Of a DNA stretch of 64,000 nt, positions 1 to 11,971 are shown one piece after another (positions within the stretch are counted from its first letter, which is position 1; every line of letters begins with the position of its first letter). Source of the DNA: Parasitella parasitica NRRL 2501 (taxonomy: Eukaryota > Fungi > Mucoromycota). The translations under genes and the position numbers were made by a program. A model generated the notes under the pieces. That model saw only the letters and a program-made list of their open reading frames with translations. It was not told the origin of the DNA and did no database searches. The stretch lies in assembly GCA_025201805.1 (NCBI GenBank), contig MU619277.1, positions 90,507-154,506 on the forward strand. The letters run 5' to 3'.

Positions 1-155
1 TGCAACACTAAGCATTTGTACGATAATAAACCTCTTATTTTATGCCATAACCAACATTCAAAACACAAGTGTGTGACCGTACTAACAACCACTGACAGTA
101 ATAAACCCGGGATCCTTTGTTTTTTGTTTGACCCATACGCTCAACTCAAAAGAAG

Positions 156-1142
156 ATGAACAGCACAGCAATCAAAAGATGTATTCCCACTTGTGCTAGA
201 TCCATTAGGAGCTATTCCTCGAAGGCTGTGAATATATCCTTTGATAAATTCTCTTTAAAGCCCTCTCAGGAATCTCCCGTTTTGATTTGTCATGGATTAT
301 TTGGCTCCAAGCAAAATTGGTCATCACTTGCCAAAGCCATGAGCAATAGACTAACAAGAGATGTTTATACAATCGTAAATTTCCTTTATTAGATGTTTTT
401 TCTATATTTACCATACATGCATCTTTTTAAATTAGTTGCTTTAGGATCTTCGTAACCATGGTGACAGCCCGCATACAGCAGAACACACCTATAATGCTAT
501 GACTGAGGATCTCAAAACATTCATAGATAAACACAATATCAAGCAACCGATTTTGTTGGGTCATTCTATGGGAGGAAAAGCCGTGATGAATACGGCATTA
601 CAATATCCTGACCTAGTTTCCAAGTTGATTGTAGTCGACATGCCTCCATTGGCCATGAAACTCGCCCGTAGTTTCAGCAATTACGTTACTGCAATGAAAG
701 CCATTGAGACAGCTAATCCTTCCAAGCAGAGCGAAGCTGACAAGATCTTATCTCAATATGAATCCAATGTAGGGGTGCGCATGTTTTTATTGACAAACCT
801 CAAGCGCATGCCGGATGGTGCTTTACGTTTCCGCATCCCTTATGATATTTTAGGAAATTCATTGGATAACATTGGCGGCTTTCAGATTCCTGAAAATGCA
901 TTTTATAAAGGTGAAACTTTGTTTATCGCAGGAGGTGAAAGTCCTTATCTACCTCCTTTTCATGAGAAAGAAAAGCAGATCAAGCATTTGTTTCCAAATT
1001 CAAGATTAGAAGTAGTTGCTGGTGCTGGGCATTGGGGTAAGTTTTGTTTTTCGTTCGGTGATTTTCACTAAATCAAACGGATATAATAGTTCATGCGGAG
1101 AAGCCAGACGCTGTATTGAATCTGATCACATCATTTGTATGA
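156..1142 (+). CDS. ABHD11: Mitochondrial alpha/beta hydrolase (ABHD11/Imo32 family), 3 exons: 156-374, 445-1036, 1090-1142
   Basis: Motifs HGLFGS, DLRNHG, GHSMGG (nucleophile elbow) and, after splicing, GAGHWVHAEKP; the GT-AG introns join in frame. Confidence 0.92.
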
Positions 1143-1440
1143 TATTGTTGTGTGGTGGCATGTGCCATATAGTCTCATTGCCCCATATATTAGTCAGACA
1201 GTCAAAACACTCCCCCCCCCCCACTATCCAAATATTATATAATTTATATTTTATCCAAAAAAATTAACAATGGTCTTTATCCCATTAACCATTAGTTTTG
1301 GTAACTTTGCTTATATCTCTGTTGCGTGTTATAAATATTCGTTATTGAATAATCGCTTAGTTTAAATCCTATATCAGGTAAATATCGGTTCACGCAACAA
1401 TATAGAATAAAAATAAGAAAAATTGTTTCTTAATATTCGA

Positions 1441-1470
1441 TTAAGAGCATCTCCAACGGAGATGGTAAAC
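1441..1470 (+). mobile_element. PIF/Harbinger-like terminus (TTA|AGAGCATCTCCAAC), no partner found
   Basis: The start AGAGCATCTCCAA after TTA resembles Harbinger/Tourist TIRs; it has an internal 7-bp palindrome CATCTCC-AAC-GGAGATG; no inverted copy seen in the window. Confidence 0.45.
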
Positions 1471-2198
1471 GAAAAGCCATTTAAAGCACCCTTTTTTTTT
1501 AACAACCCGAAAATTTTTTGTCTGCTTTTTTGGCAGTGCTAATTTGAGACGAAAAACGTTTATTGAGTTCATATGACATTATTAAGTTTCTCCACACCTT
1601 TTTTCTTAAAAAATCTTGCATGTTTTTGCATAATACCTTAATTTCAAGATTTAAGCTTTTTGCTATCAAAAATAACCTTATTCAAACCTAGTATAAATAT
1701 CCTCAATTACTTTTTTACTTATAAATCTTTTACTGGTGTAATTGTCTCTGCTTGCTTACTGTTGCTTTGCTTTTTTGTCTCTGAAGCTCTTTGAATTACT
1801 CCCTTGGCTCTTGCATCCATTGTATTCTCTTTTACTATTTTACTCTTCTCTTTTCTTCTTTATGCAAAGTCATTCTACTTACAAAACAGGAGCTGGTGCT
1901 CACTACTTTTATTCAACCCACATTTATATATTTCATACTATAAACCTCACAATTCTAATATTAATATGAGCATTCAGGACAGAAATACTGGCCATTTTAA
2001 AAAATGTTAATAAAGTTTGTATAGATAGTTAAACTTTATACACTATACCCTTTTTTTTTTCGAGTATCCACTGTGTTGATCGTAATGCACTTTGAGATTT
2101 TGCATTGAGCCTAATTTTTCAAATTCAACATAATACATCACTGAATGTTGTAAGTTCATCCCTTCTTTTTCTTTCCTGAATTTACTCCTCACACATAT

Positions 2199-3480
2199 AT
2201 GAAGCGTAAACATAAAGACGATCCACCAGATAGGAAAGGAAAGAGAGCTATAAGAAGTAAATATCTAACACATACATTGTGAAAAGAATATATGCCTTAC
2301 TATGTTTTAGGTGCTGATTTGAATCACCAAAAAGAGGAGGCTGATTTGACAACACCAGGCATTCCCACCACCAACGATGCTTCAAGTTCAACAGCAAAGG
2401 CTTCTAGCTCAACAGAAAAGACTGCTAGCTCATTTAATGATATAGGTTCTTCTTCCAGCAAAACTCTTACTTTGTCTAAGAAAGTCCAACAGAAAGAAGA
2501 CAAAAAAGTAGCTTTAGAGGAGTTCAAGAAACAAAACAAATCCAACAAACCAATGCTGTGTCCTTCATGTAAACAGACAGATCATGCAAGGTCTACCAGT
2601 AAACTCTGTCCACATCGAAAAGAAAAGAAGGTGGTTCAATACAATGATGACGAAAAGATAGGAGCTTTCACCATCAAGTCTTCACTTAAAACCACATGCA
2701 CAAATACAACATTCATGAAATCAATTGACAACTTGGTGGAGTACGCTACCAAAATTACCTATATAGGCTCATTGTTTGCAAACTTTATCATTCTGAAATG
2801 TGCAGGTGCCAATGAAGATACGCCAATCATTAGTCAAGATTTTGTCTATGCTATATTTTCTACCTTAGCAGGTAATGGGAGTAGGGCTCCTGAGTTCATC
2901 CGTCAATATTTTGAAGAGTTCAAAAATGCGTGCGAGATTGACGAGCAAATTTTAAAATCATTGAAGTCTATTGGTTATGCGACTATTCTTTCCATTTCTG
3001 CCAAGCAGTATGAAACCCTTATCCGAAATCATGTTTCTGAAGACAACAACGAGAAACAACAATTCTTACCCTCACCCTCCACCACTTGATGGATCAGTTA
3101 AGGCAAATAAAACCATCATTGCCTATGGAGATGGAAGATTTTCACCTACCATGAGAAGCAAAAGATCTGGACCTACAAAGACTATCATAAAAGCTCTTCA
3201 AAAATGTAAAGAAAATCGTGGTGTTACAGTCCAAATGGTAGACGAATACCTCACCAGTCAAGTCTGCAACAACTGCAAAAAAAGAAATGTTGAAAACGTT
3301 GTGCAACGATCAGCAAAGCGAAGAGTACATTCTGTATTACAGTGTCAAGAAACCGCTTGTAATATTATATGGAATTGCGATATAATGACTGCAAAAAACA
3401 TCCTCAACATATTTTTACATGCAGCAAGAAACAATGACGCTCGTCTTTCACCATTCCAGCGTTCTGAATCAAAAGAATAA
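2199..3480 (+). pseudogene. Fanzor (Fanzor1-like eukaryotic TnpB homolog), internally deleted and frameshifted; exon 1 2199-2256, intron 2257-2310
   Basis: Basic NLS-like start MKRKHKDDPPDRKGKR; CPSC-x4-H-x7-C zinc knuckle; FTIKSSLK segment; C-terminal IIAYGDG, RuvC-II VDEYLTSQVCNNC, VLQC-x4-C and RuvC-III WNCDIMTAKNI. RuvC-I and the middle of the protein are absent (junction/frameshift about 3043-3090). Confidence 0.88.
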
Positions 3481-3605
3481 TTGCAAGCATTGCGTGTCAT
3501 TGATATTACTCTTTGATTCGCCATGGGTATTCGGTTTTTATTACGAAGATGGACTAGATAATGTCTTCAACGAGAACGGGGATAAAGTTTAAAGGGCAAA
3601 ATGAA
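3481..3605 (+). ncRNA. Candidate Fanzor omegaRNA (scaffold hairpin 3528-3584, putative guide from about 3586-3589 onward)
   Basis: Nested stems UAUUC/GGAUA, GUUUUU/GAGAAC and GAAGAUG/UGUCUUC (18 pairs, 5 G-U) lie just 3' of the Fanzor stop on the same strand, where Fanzor omegaRNAs are encoded. Confidence 0.55.
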
Positions 3606-3887
3606 ACGCAAAAACCTGATGACTGAGGAGACTTTATCTCAAAGAATTGCTGATGCTTGCAACAATGTCCGCGTAAGCGACCTTCGTGCTTTTTGTAGCC
3701 ATTCTAAGCGTCATATTAGTTTCTGTCGAGATAAAATTCATTTTTAATAAATTCGCCCAATTTACCAAGAGCCAAAGTAATTATCCAAATGAACCAATAT
3801 AAAGATTATATAATCAACCAATTATTTTTTAGTATTTCACCAATTTCTTTTTCAGTTGGCCCCATCTGAACCAGTGCCCAGCGCGTA
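3589..3887 (+). mobile_element. 3' fragment of a Tc1/mariner (IS630-like, DDE_3) element: transposase C-terminus 3589-3747 and putative right TIR ending 3885, followed by TA
   Basis: Translates LKGKMKRKNLMTEETLSQRIADACNNVRVSDLRAFCSHSKRHISFCRDKIHF*, matching the post-NPIE tail of Mucorales DDE_3 transposases; GC-rich end CAGTTGGCCCCATCTGAACCAGTGCCCAGCGCG|TA. Confidence 0.72.
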
Positions 3888-4440
3888 AAACCGAGAAAGA
3901 CCAGGGCTTATTCAAAGATCTCTATCTTTGTTCTGCCAGGAGTGGGAAGTTGTTGGTCTCGGGTCTTCGTTGATCTTGGATTCAGCTGCGTTGGTCATGT
4001 CACTAACTATAGTTTTGCAGTTCCTTCATAGTTGGTATGTCCTTTTAAAATCATCTTCAAATGTTACTGAAGTAATTAATTTTTATCTATACGCAATTTA
4101 TCAACAAAATTCACCAATTTACCTTTTAATTCTAACATTTCTTATTGTGCTAAAAAGCAGCTCAAACATTCTGGACCACAAAACCTGGAAATAGTCATTT
4201 TCTGTGTACTTATCTTTCTTGCTTTCTTTCATCAAAAGATGAGGATAATCCTCCATTATGTCTAGACTACACGATGAAATCAAATGTCAAAAACAAGGAA
4301 GGGGAGAGGTCATCGTATTAAGTGTTTCTTACAAGTGTTTCATCATTTCAAGAATATTAATCTCCTCTTTTGTTAGCAATTCAGTAGCAAGTAACTTGCG
4401 CAGGTATCTTTGACCTGGTTCGACTGAGGATTTACTAACC
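3888..4440 (-). pseudogene. Degenerate intron-containing fragment resembling Mucorales Crinkler-like/restriction-endonuclease-fold proteins
   Basis: Minus-strand exons VSKSSVEPGQRYLRKLL...MKTL and LDIMEDYPHLL...TENDYFQVLWSRMFELLFSTIRNVRIK bounded by GT/AG; the catalytic exon is missing and the tail has stops. Confidence 0.45.
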
Positions 4441-4529
4441 TTTTTTTAAAAAAAAAAAAGTTTACTATGAAATATCAACAGAGTGTTTTATTATACCGCA
4501 AATACTTACATTACATACGATGATCCAAG

Positions 4530-4610
4530 TGTTCTCGAAAAATTTTGGCATCTTTTTCGAATTTGCCAAAAACGTTTGTCGAATTTGTCAAAAATATTTG
4601 ATCAAAATTG
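4530..4610. repeat. Short direct and inverted repeats (TCGAATTTG(C/T)CAAAAA), probable transposon subterminal repeats
   Basis: TCGAATTTGCCAAAAA and TCGAATTTGTCAAAAA in tandem, plus the partly inverted TCGAAAAATTTTGGCA. Confidence 0.4.
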
Positions 4611-5848
4611 ATAATTAATGAAAAATTTATTGCTCTGAAATTCAACATACGAGCATTTGGATACATCTACAACTTGAGAGAAGTCGAATAGTGCACTTTA
4701 AAGCGCTGATAACGATGCGTGTCACCTAAAACAAAGCTGGTCTGGTGTAACAATGGTACAAATTTGTTGTTTGCTCAGATGAAGACCTTTTTTTTGCATT
4801 AAGAAAATATGCTTAGTTGCCAGCCAAGCATATTAAAGAAACTCTTTATAGCACAAAGGGCAATTTTTTTTATCATGCTTAAACATGGTAAGGCGTTTAA
4901 TCTTTCGTTCAGGCATTAAAATGGTAAACGCCAGTCAGCTTCTTCGTTCACTGCAAATTCTGGTATTATTGCTTTGATTTCACGTACAATGAGGTATAAA
5001 GATTACATGAGCTCACCTAAAGTTGGTTGCTTAGATCCCATTTTGCGTATATATTTGCTCGGTCATGTTGAAATCAATGTGCCGAAAAGATTTGCTACAG
5101 CAGTTGTCAAGGACAATAGATTGATATAAGCGATGATGTTTCCAGAATATATAGAAATTGTTGCGCTTGTCAATAATCTCATAGTACCTTTAAGCCTGAG
5201 CATCATCCCACATAAAGTACTCTTTATGAAAACGTCTTTGATCACTTTGTTGTAGACCTTGGAGTTTCCGTTACGACACTAATAGCATTAGTTACATTAG
5301 CAACCGAAAAGACCCTACAACCAAATCGGGATAATGCGTATCTAAATGTTGTCAATGCTGCAATGGACATAAAATATGTGTTCACCTTCATGTAGCCTCA
5401 GTTTTGATAATTTTTTGATGCTAAAATAGCTCGTGCTTACAATTATATGAATGAACTAGCGATAGTTTTCCAAGCCATGGATTCGCTGGTAGCAGACTGC
5501 TGCCGACACCCCCACAGGATTCAAATACCTAATCAAGTACCATTCAACATCTTTTTAGCAAACATCTGGAGCGCCCATGAATTTAGCTGTATATATTATA
5601 CACTTATTTTAAGCTTTTTTTCTTCTTGACTGATTATATCAATTTAAATTATTAAATGAATTCAGGTTTCATTTATAATGAGGGACGCCAGAAAACTTTG
5701 CTGATTCAATTCTCTTCTGTGTATAATGAATCCACGGTAACGAAAGATCCTCCATAAAATGTAGCAGGTTTATATAAATCATATGATTGCTATCTTTTTC
5801 TTTTCTTTTTTTTTCTACTCTTTATCTTTTCCCTTACATATACCAAGC

Positions 5849-8800
5849 ATGATCAAATCACTGAATCATGTTTTATTTATTTTCCAAAGCTTGATTATCT
5901 GTTGTACAGTTCTTTACGCCTTACAATACATCGATAAGAATCAGAAAGTTTATGGATTAGAGCTTGAAAAAGAGATGGAAACCTTTCACATTCCTCCATC
6001 ACTTTGTATGTTCTATAATAAACATTACAGAAAAGGTTTTTATAACTGTATCTAACATCCAAAGCGTTTTTCACCCATTAGTTAATCCTAAATGTAACCA
6101 TGGAAGTTTACAATCTGGACCAGCAGTGGGCACATTGACGTTTAAATCAAATACAACTGAAAGCTTTCAATTGAATTACTTTGATCTTAATAACATCGAC
6201 GGTATTTATCAAAAAAACCCAATCTGTAGGTTTATCATAATTTATCATTATTTGTCTAGTGAGCGACTGTCAGATTTCGACAATCAATTTTCAAGTATCA
6301 AGAAAAGATGCAATATTTTTTGATACCTGGATCTTGCCAAACAAACCTTTAGCTTATAGACTGCTGGTCGAGTTTGATGTGGTTAGAGAAAACTTGCTGC
6401 ATACACACGATACTCTGCTGAACAACAAATTTTACAAATTATACAAGCTTCTAAGCTTGGCTTTGCTGATTGCATTTATACAATCTATATTCGAGTCTTT
6501 ACAACTGCTCTTCAAGAATTCAATGATTTTTCTGTTTAAGCTGCTTAATTTTTTGGACGAAATTATGAACTCTACACTATATTGTTACAATTTCATGGAA
6601 ATCATTCGTATCTTCAAAAGCAGCCCATATCCATATAAGTACAATGGAACGAATAATGGGACGGACACTCATAATGACAGCAACAATGAAATCAATAATG
6701 AACGCAATCAAGAGATGGCTCAACACGTTGCTCAAGTAACATCTCCTTCGACCACTTCTCGGGAAGAGATAATTACCCGCGAACTTGCCTCTGATTTGAT
6801 ATCATCAGCCGAACAAAGAGAAATCAAGACGCAAAGTATGGCCAATATTAGTCATACTTCTGCTTCAAGACAAAGTCCAGGCTCCTGTGCAATTTCTGCC
6901 ATTTTAAATGCTTCAAACCCTGCAAAAGTAGCTACTCTCAATATTAAGTCTGATGATACGAATTCATCCCACAAAAAACTAAAAGGTTCTCAAGAAGCCT
7001 CGGTCACATCTGCTTTGTCAAGCGCTATTCCTGCGCGAATTATTAGACAACCCAAGTCCCTCAAAGCTAGAAAATCCCTAAAAAGCAACAATCCTGCTAT
7101 AAATGCTGCGAATAATACTATTTTTATTACAGCCCGTATGAGTTTATCCGCCCCACACCGTCAAATTTCCTCGCAGCTGTCTGCCACTACTCCCACATCT
7201 TCTCTGGAAGGTCGGAACGATGCAACTACAACTGCTTCTGCTTCCCAAGGTTTTTCACGTGAGATACCTCCTTCAAGTATACCAATGTCTAACTTTGTCC
7301 CCTCTCCACTGCCTACTTTCAGCTTTAATCAAACAAACCTCGCACAAAGTACTCTTTATGGGCTACCTAATCCCTCAAATATACAAAGCTCAAATGTGAT
7401 ATCTACTCTGCAAGATGTTCAGCCAATTGTCCCTCGTCATGACTTTTCTTTCGCAAATATTGCTGCGTTTAGCTTTAACTTTGGTGCACCACTACCTGCT
7501 GTTGGCTCGATGTCGCATAATTTTTCTCAGGATGTTCAAGGTATTATAAATGCACCAATACAGCAACCTACTCATGCAGCTGTCGATCCATTTCATAAAG
7601 AAATTGATGATTTACTTGCTGAAATATTCGCCCCTGATTATATTGACCCATCCGATAAGCCTGTCGATATATTCAATGACGCCTTTCCTTACAACCTTCA
7701 GCAATTCGATATTACTCAACCAAACACTACTCAATATGGGCACTCTCAACCTGCAATAATTCAACCTATAAATGTGGATATTGGCACGGAGAGCATCAAT
7801 CCCGTCTTGGACAACGTTTTAGCTGAATCTATGGCTAATGACATGACAAGCGCAATGGTTAATGTTGCAGCTCATACATTGATTGATACAAGGGACAATG
7901 CCATGGTAAGCAATATAACTCTTCCTATGGAAAATACTCTGGACAATTGGATAAATTACTATATGGCTAATCCATCCATGGCTGATCCCTTCATGGCTGC
8001 TTCAGCAATGTCTGATCCAATAATTCAGGGCCATATGCTTAATCCATTGTTTGATTCAATGATAAATGCTATGGCTAATTCAATGACTGATCCCATAATA
8101 CCTACAATGGAGTATTCAACGATGGTATATACAGGAGATTCCACGACTGAAAATAGCGTAAATTTCCAGTGTTTTCAAAAAAGCAAGCAAAGTAGGAAAC
8201 AAAACCAGAAATCACGTAAAAGCCTAGTCAAGAAGCATTTCAAACAGACTTTTAAGAAGACTCCTAGGAAGATGCTCAAGACTAAGCGTTCTCATTACTT
8301 GAAGGGACTCGTCAAAAATAACTTGAAGATAAAAGCTTTAAGACTCCCTACACTATGTTTATCGTCTGCGTACCAACTAGGTGTCAGTAATGAAACTAAC
8401 CATTGGGTATCATATGCTGGTGAAACTGATACTGATACCAAAAAATCCCTGGCTGATGAACTCTTTCCTAATGCCAGTGGTAGTGGTATTGATGGATACA
8501 GTCTGCATTTCAGCAATGTCATTACTAAAGAAACCAGCGCCAATGGTGTTATAACAGAAGAAACCAGCTCCAATGTCTACGACACTACAACTGACTTTTT
8601 TGAGGTGAAGCAGGAAGAATCTCCTGTTGATACAGATAGTAGAATTATTCAATCACCACTCACATACCAAGCAACTGTAAAATCTACTCAATCTACTTAC
8701 AAAGACCACCAGAACAACTATGCATATGCCGAAGAAGATTCTCGGACTGTTCATGAAGAAATAGAGCATCAAAGTGCTGCTGCTGAAACCGACGTGATGA

Positions 8801-9774
8801 GGACTCTGGTACGGCAGAATGCATTCTGGTATATTCCTGATAATCAAGACTCTGAGCAAGTTGTTTACGATGAGTCTGGTCATCCTAATTATACTTCACC
8901 TCAGGGAGCTCAAATTTACGCTCTAGATTACGAAACTGTAGCATCATCTTTAGCCGAATGGGCTTTCCTTGCTGAAGCATCAAGCCCTCCGCAGGAAAGC
9001 GATGCATATGGTTGTTCTCAAAAAGACATATCCTCTTGTAATCGCACAGCAGCTGTTTCTAGTATTGACGAAAATGACTCGCACAACGACTCTGGTTCTG
9101 ATACTCAAGACATCTATTCTACTGAGCCTGCTTCTAGTCTCCATGAAGATTTCTCGCTTGTTACAGCCTTAGACAGCGCCAATGACGATGGCAATGTAGA
9201 TCTCGAGTCTGATGCTATGGATAATCTAGTTAGGTTAGCAAACACAATATCTGTGGATGATGAAACTATTTCTACTCCCCCTTTCTTCCCAACACCTTCC
9301 AGAAGGCGGTCGTCAGAAGACATCAATACAAACTTTGGACAACAAATTTTTGAGGCTCACCTTCTAGTAGATTCGCTGATATCGGTCAAACGCTCAAGAG
9401 AATCAACTCCTGACAGTGGTGACGCAACTCAGAAACCTCACACTAAAGGCTTCAATTCATCAGTAAAACGTCAACGAAAGCAGCTTTCAGGATCCTTTAC
9501 AAATGCATATGCGACTAATGACTCTGATGGTGGCAATCTTGAGATCAGCAGTAGTGCTGTGATTCCATTAATTGATCCCGATGTTCCAAGAGGCACTTGC
9601 GCTATACAGCATAATCTTGTTTCCACACGTACCTATGATGATAATGACCCTTCTTCTCCTCTCATTGTAGATCAGCAAGTAGCAACAGAAGATATCAGCC
9701 CAGATCTGGTTAATACTGATCCCTTATGTGCTCAAGTAGCTGCCCTGCACGTTGATAGGCCTTTTGGTATGTGA
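5849..9774 (+). CDS. Large uncharacterised protein: N-terminal hydrophobic segment, small Cys-containing domain, second hydrophobic segment, then about 1000 aa of low-complexity S/T/N/D/M-rich sequence
   Basis: 3.5-kb uninterrupted ORF 6259-9774; upstream exons join in frame through predicted introns at about 6006-6081 and 6202-6259. Confidence 0.7.
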
Positions 9775-10780
9775 CCATGGGAGATACATTTACATATATG
9801 TATATTAGCTACTAATTAATTTAACAAATTAAAGACGCCAAAGAAGAAAATTAATGCATTTTAAAAAAAGGTTAGTATCATTATGCCGTGAGAGAGATGA
9901 TAAGAAGGCGTAATATCCAGGATATATAGCGGGCTAGCATTACTAAATTTGCATATTTCCAGGATGCAGAATCGTATTCCCTAAAAGATATATAGCTGAT
10001 TAAATGAATAATGGCTTTTATAATGTAAATACTTCAAATTTTGTAAATATATACAGCTTAATACATGTAAAGATATCCCGAGTTATGAATAATATAATCA
10101 TACTATTAAATGATAATGCATTTATGTAGTCTATTTCGAGGCTAGCAGAACTATATTGTATCACTCGTGAACGCTGTATATCTTGGCGTTTCTTTTCAAT
10201 TCTCAGTATTGTAAGAAGCCTCTTAATGATTAAATGTTTATGAGAATGAGCTTGTGGCCGTCTTAACAAACTGTAGCGGATCAATGACAACTTTGGCATA
10301 TTGTGTTACATGAAAGTGTTTACATGTTTCATGATTCTATAAGCGCCATCAGGATAATACTGTTAACATCAGGCACAGCCGATTCAATCTTCGCATTTTG
10401 ACTATTATTATACTCTATTACGTAGAGTGTCCAAAAAAAAAGTCCAAGAATCATCTTGGCTATGTTACCACAATCAGATCAGTCGGCTATCTGAAGATTT
10501 ACCACTCAAAAGTATTTCAAAAAACATTTACATTTCTCTAAATAAAAAAATTACAAATTTGTGTCTCTATTCAAGGAACATGCATGAATCAACCCCTTAG
10601 TGAAGTTCTTATATTTAATGCAAACGAATACAAACATATAAACCGTAAGTATTTTTGCGTATAGTTCTGCTGTAATCACGTGTGCTACGAAAAACATCTA
10701 TTCCGTACTTCGAGTTAAAGAGAAAACTATTCCCCTTTTCCTTGGTTTTATATTTTTCGCCGCTATTTGAGCCATATAAT

Positions 10781-11971
10781 ATGCCATTTGCCAATACTAC
10801 CTTGTCAGAATCCTTGTACGTAACTCAAGTGCGATTTTGCAGAGCATTGGCAGTCGTCCGCTCACTGCCAACAGAAAGCGGAAGTGGTTTTCAACCCTCA
10901 ATGGCGGACAAACTAAATTTCTATGGGCTTTATAAGCAAGTGCTGAATGGGGACTGTATGCTCATAAAACCTTCATCAAGAAAGGTTGTGGCCTATGCAA
11001 AATGGTATATATAATGTAACTGATATTATTTTTGAACTTTTATACTAAATACCATGTGTATCTATAGGAGAGCATGGGATAAAGTGAGAGGGAAAAGCCC
11101 AATCGATGCTCAAATAATGTATATTAATGCATTGGTCAAGTTATTAAAAGAGGTAAACATATTTTATAAAACCAAAGTAGGTTTCTTGAATTATTGACAT
11201 TGTTCAGTTTTTGTATATGTTTCCGAATTCAGAATTGACAGAAAGCCTGAACGAGTCTGTGAACTATTTACTAGAAGTAAACGACGATACAACTACCACT
11301 GATGGCGCAGAAGAAGGTACAGTATAAATCATCCCCACAAACAATCCCAGTCCTAAAATTTCTCTATATTCGTGACACTAGAAAACCTTATTCGATGGGA
11401 TACAAATGACCAAGAGAAAGATGAATATTATTTAGGCCAAATGGAGCAGGAGCAAATCTTACTTGAACAGCCGTTGTATTCACATTATTCTACCCCGATC
11501 GTCAGCGAATTCCCATTGACACCTGAGCTTTCTCCAAAACCAAGAATTTCGTACAACAATGGGCTTAATGTAGAATTTGACGAATATGATAATGAAGTCG
11601 CCACTGCCACATCCTCGCTCTATATATCCACACCTACACAACATCCATATACCAGTGTCAGAAAACACAGGAAGAGAAAGTCATCCGATGCAGCTATACA
11701 AACTTTGCAGACAGAAGTAGCTGCATTATGCGAAGAGATTGATTCTTTACGAAGACGAGACATGCTCAAGTCAAGATCACTGTATCAATGGCGCTCGCTA
11801 TGGTTACTGAAATTCGTTGCCAAGCAAGCATTTTTCAATCTTTTAATATTCGCCATCCTATTTATTGTGCTGTGGAGACGCAAATCCCCTATTGCTTATG
11901 CTGTGATTAGTTATACTGGATCAAGGTTGAGACATCTTGTGCAATGCGTGTTTTATCACACTGTGCAATAG
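10781..11971 (+). CDS. Acyl-CoA-binding domain protein with coiled coil and C-terminal TM (ACBD5/Atg37-like)
   Basis: ACB motifs KLNFYGLYKQ...GDC and YAKW|RAW; coiled coil LQTEVAALCEEIDSL; TM FFNLLIFAILFIVLWRRK. Confidence 0.88.

Noticed and set aside
5063-5629. Short ORFs at 5063-5629 (similar ones at 10018-10299, 20137-20352, 48955-49164)
   Set aside because: No recognisable motifs or consistent gene model; possibly decayed fragments, but unsupported
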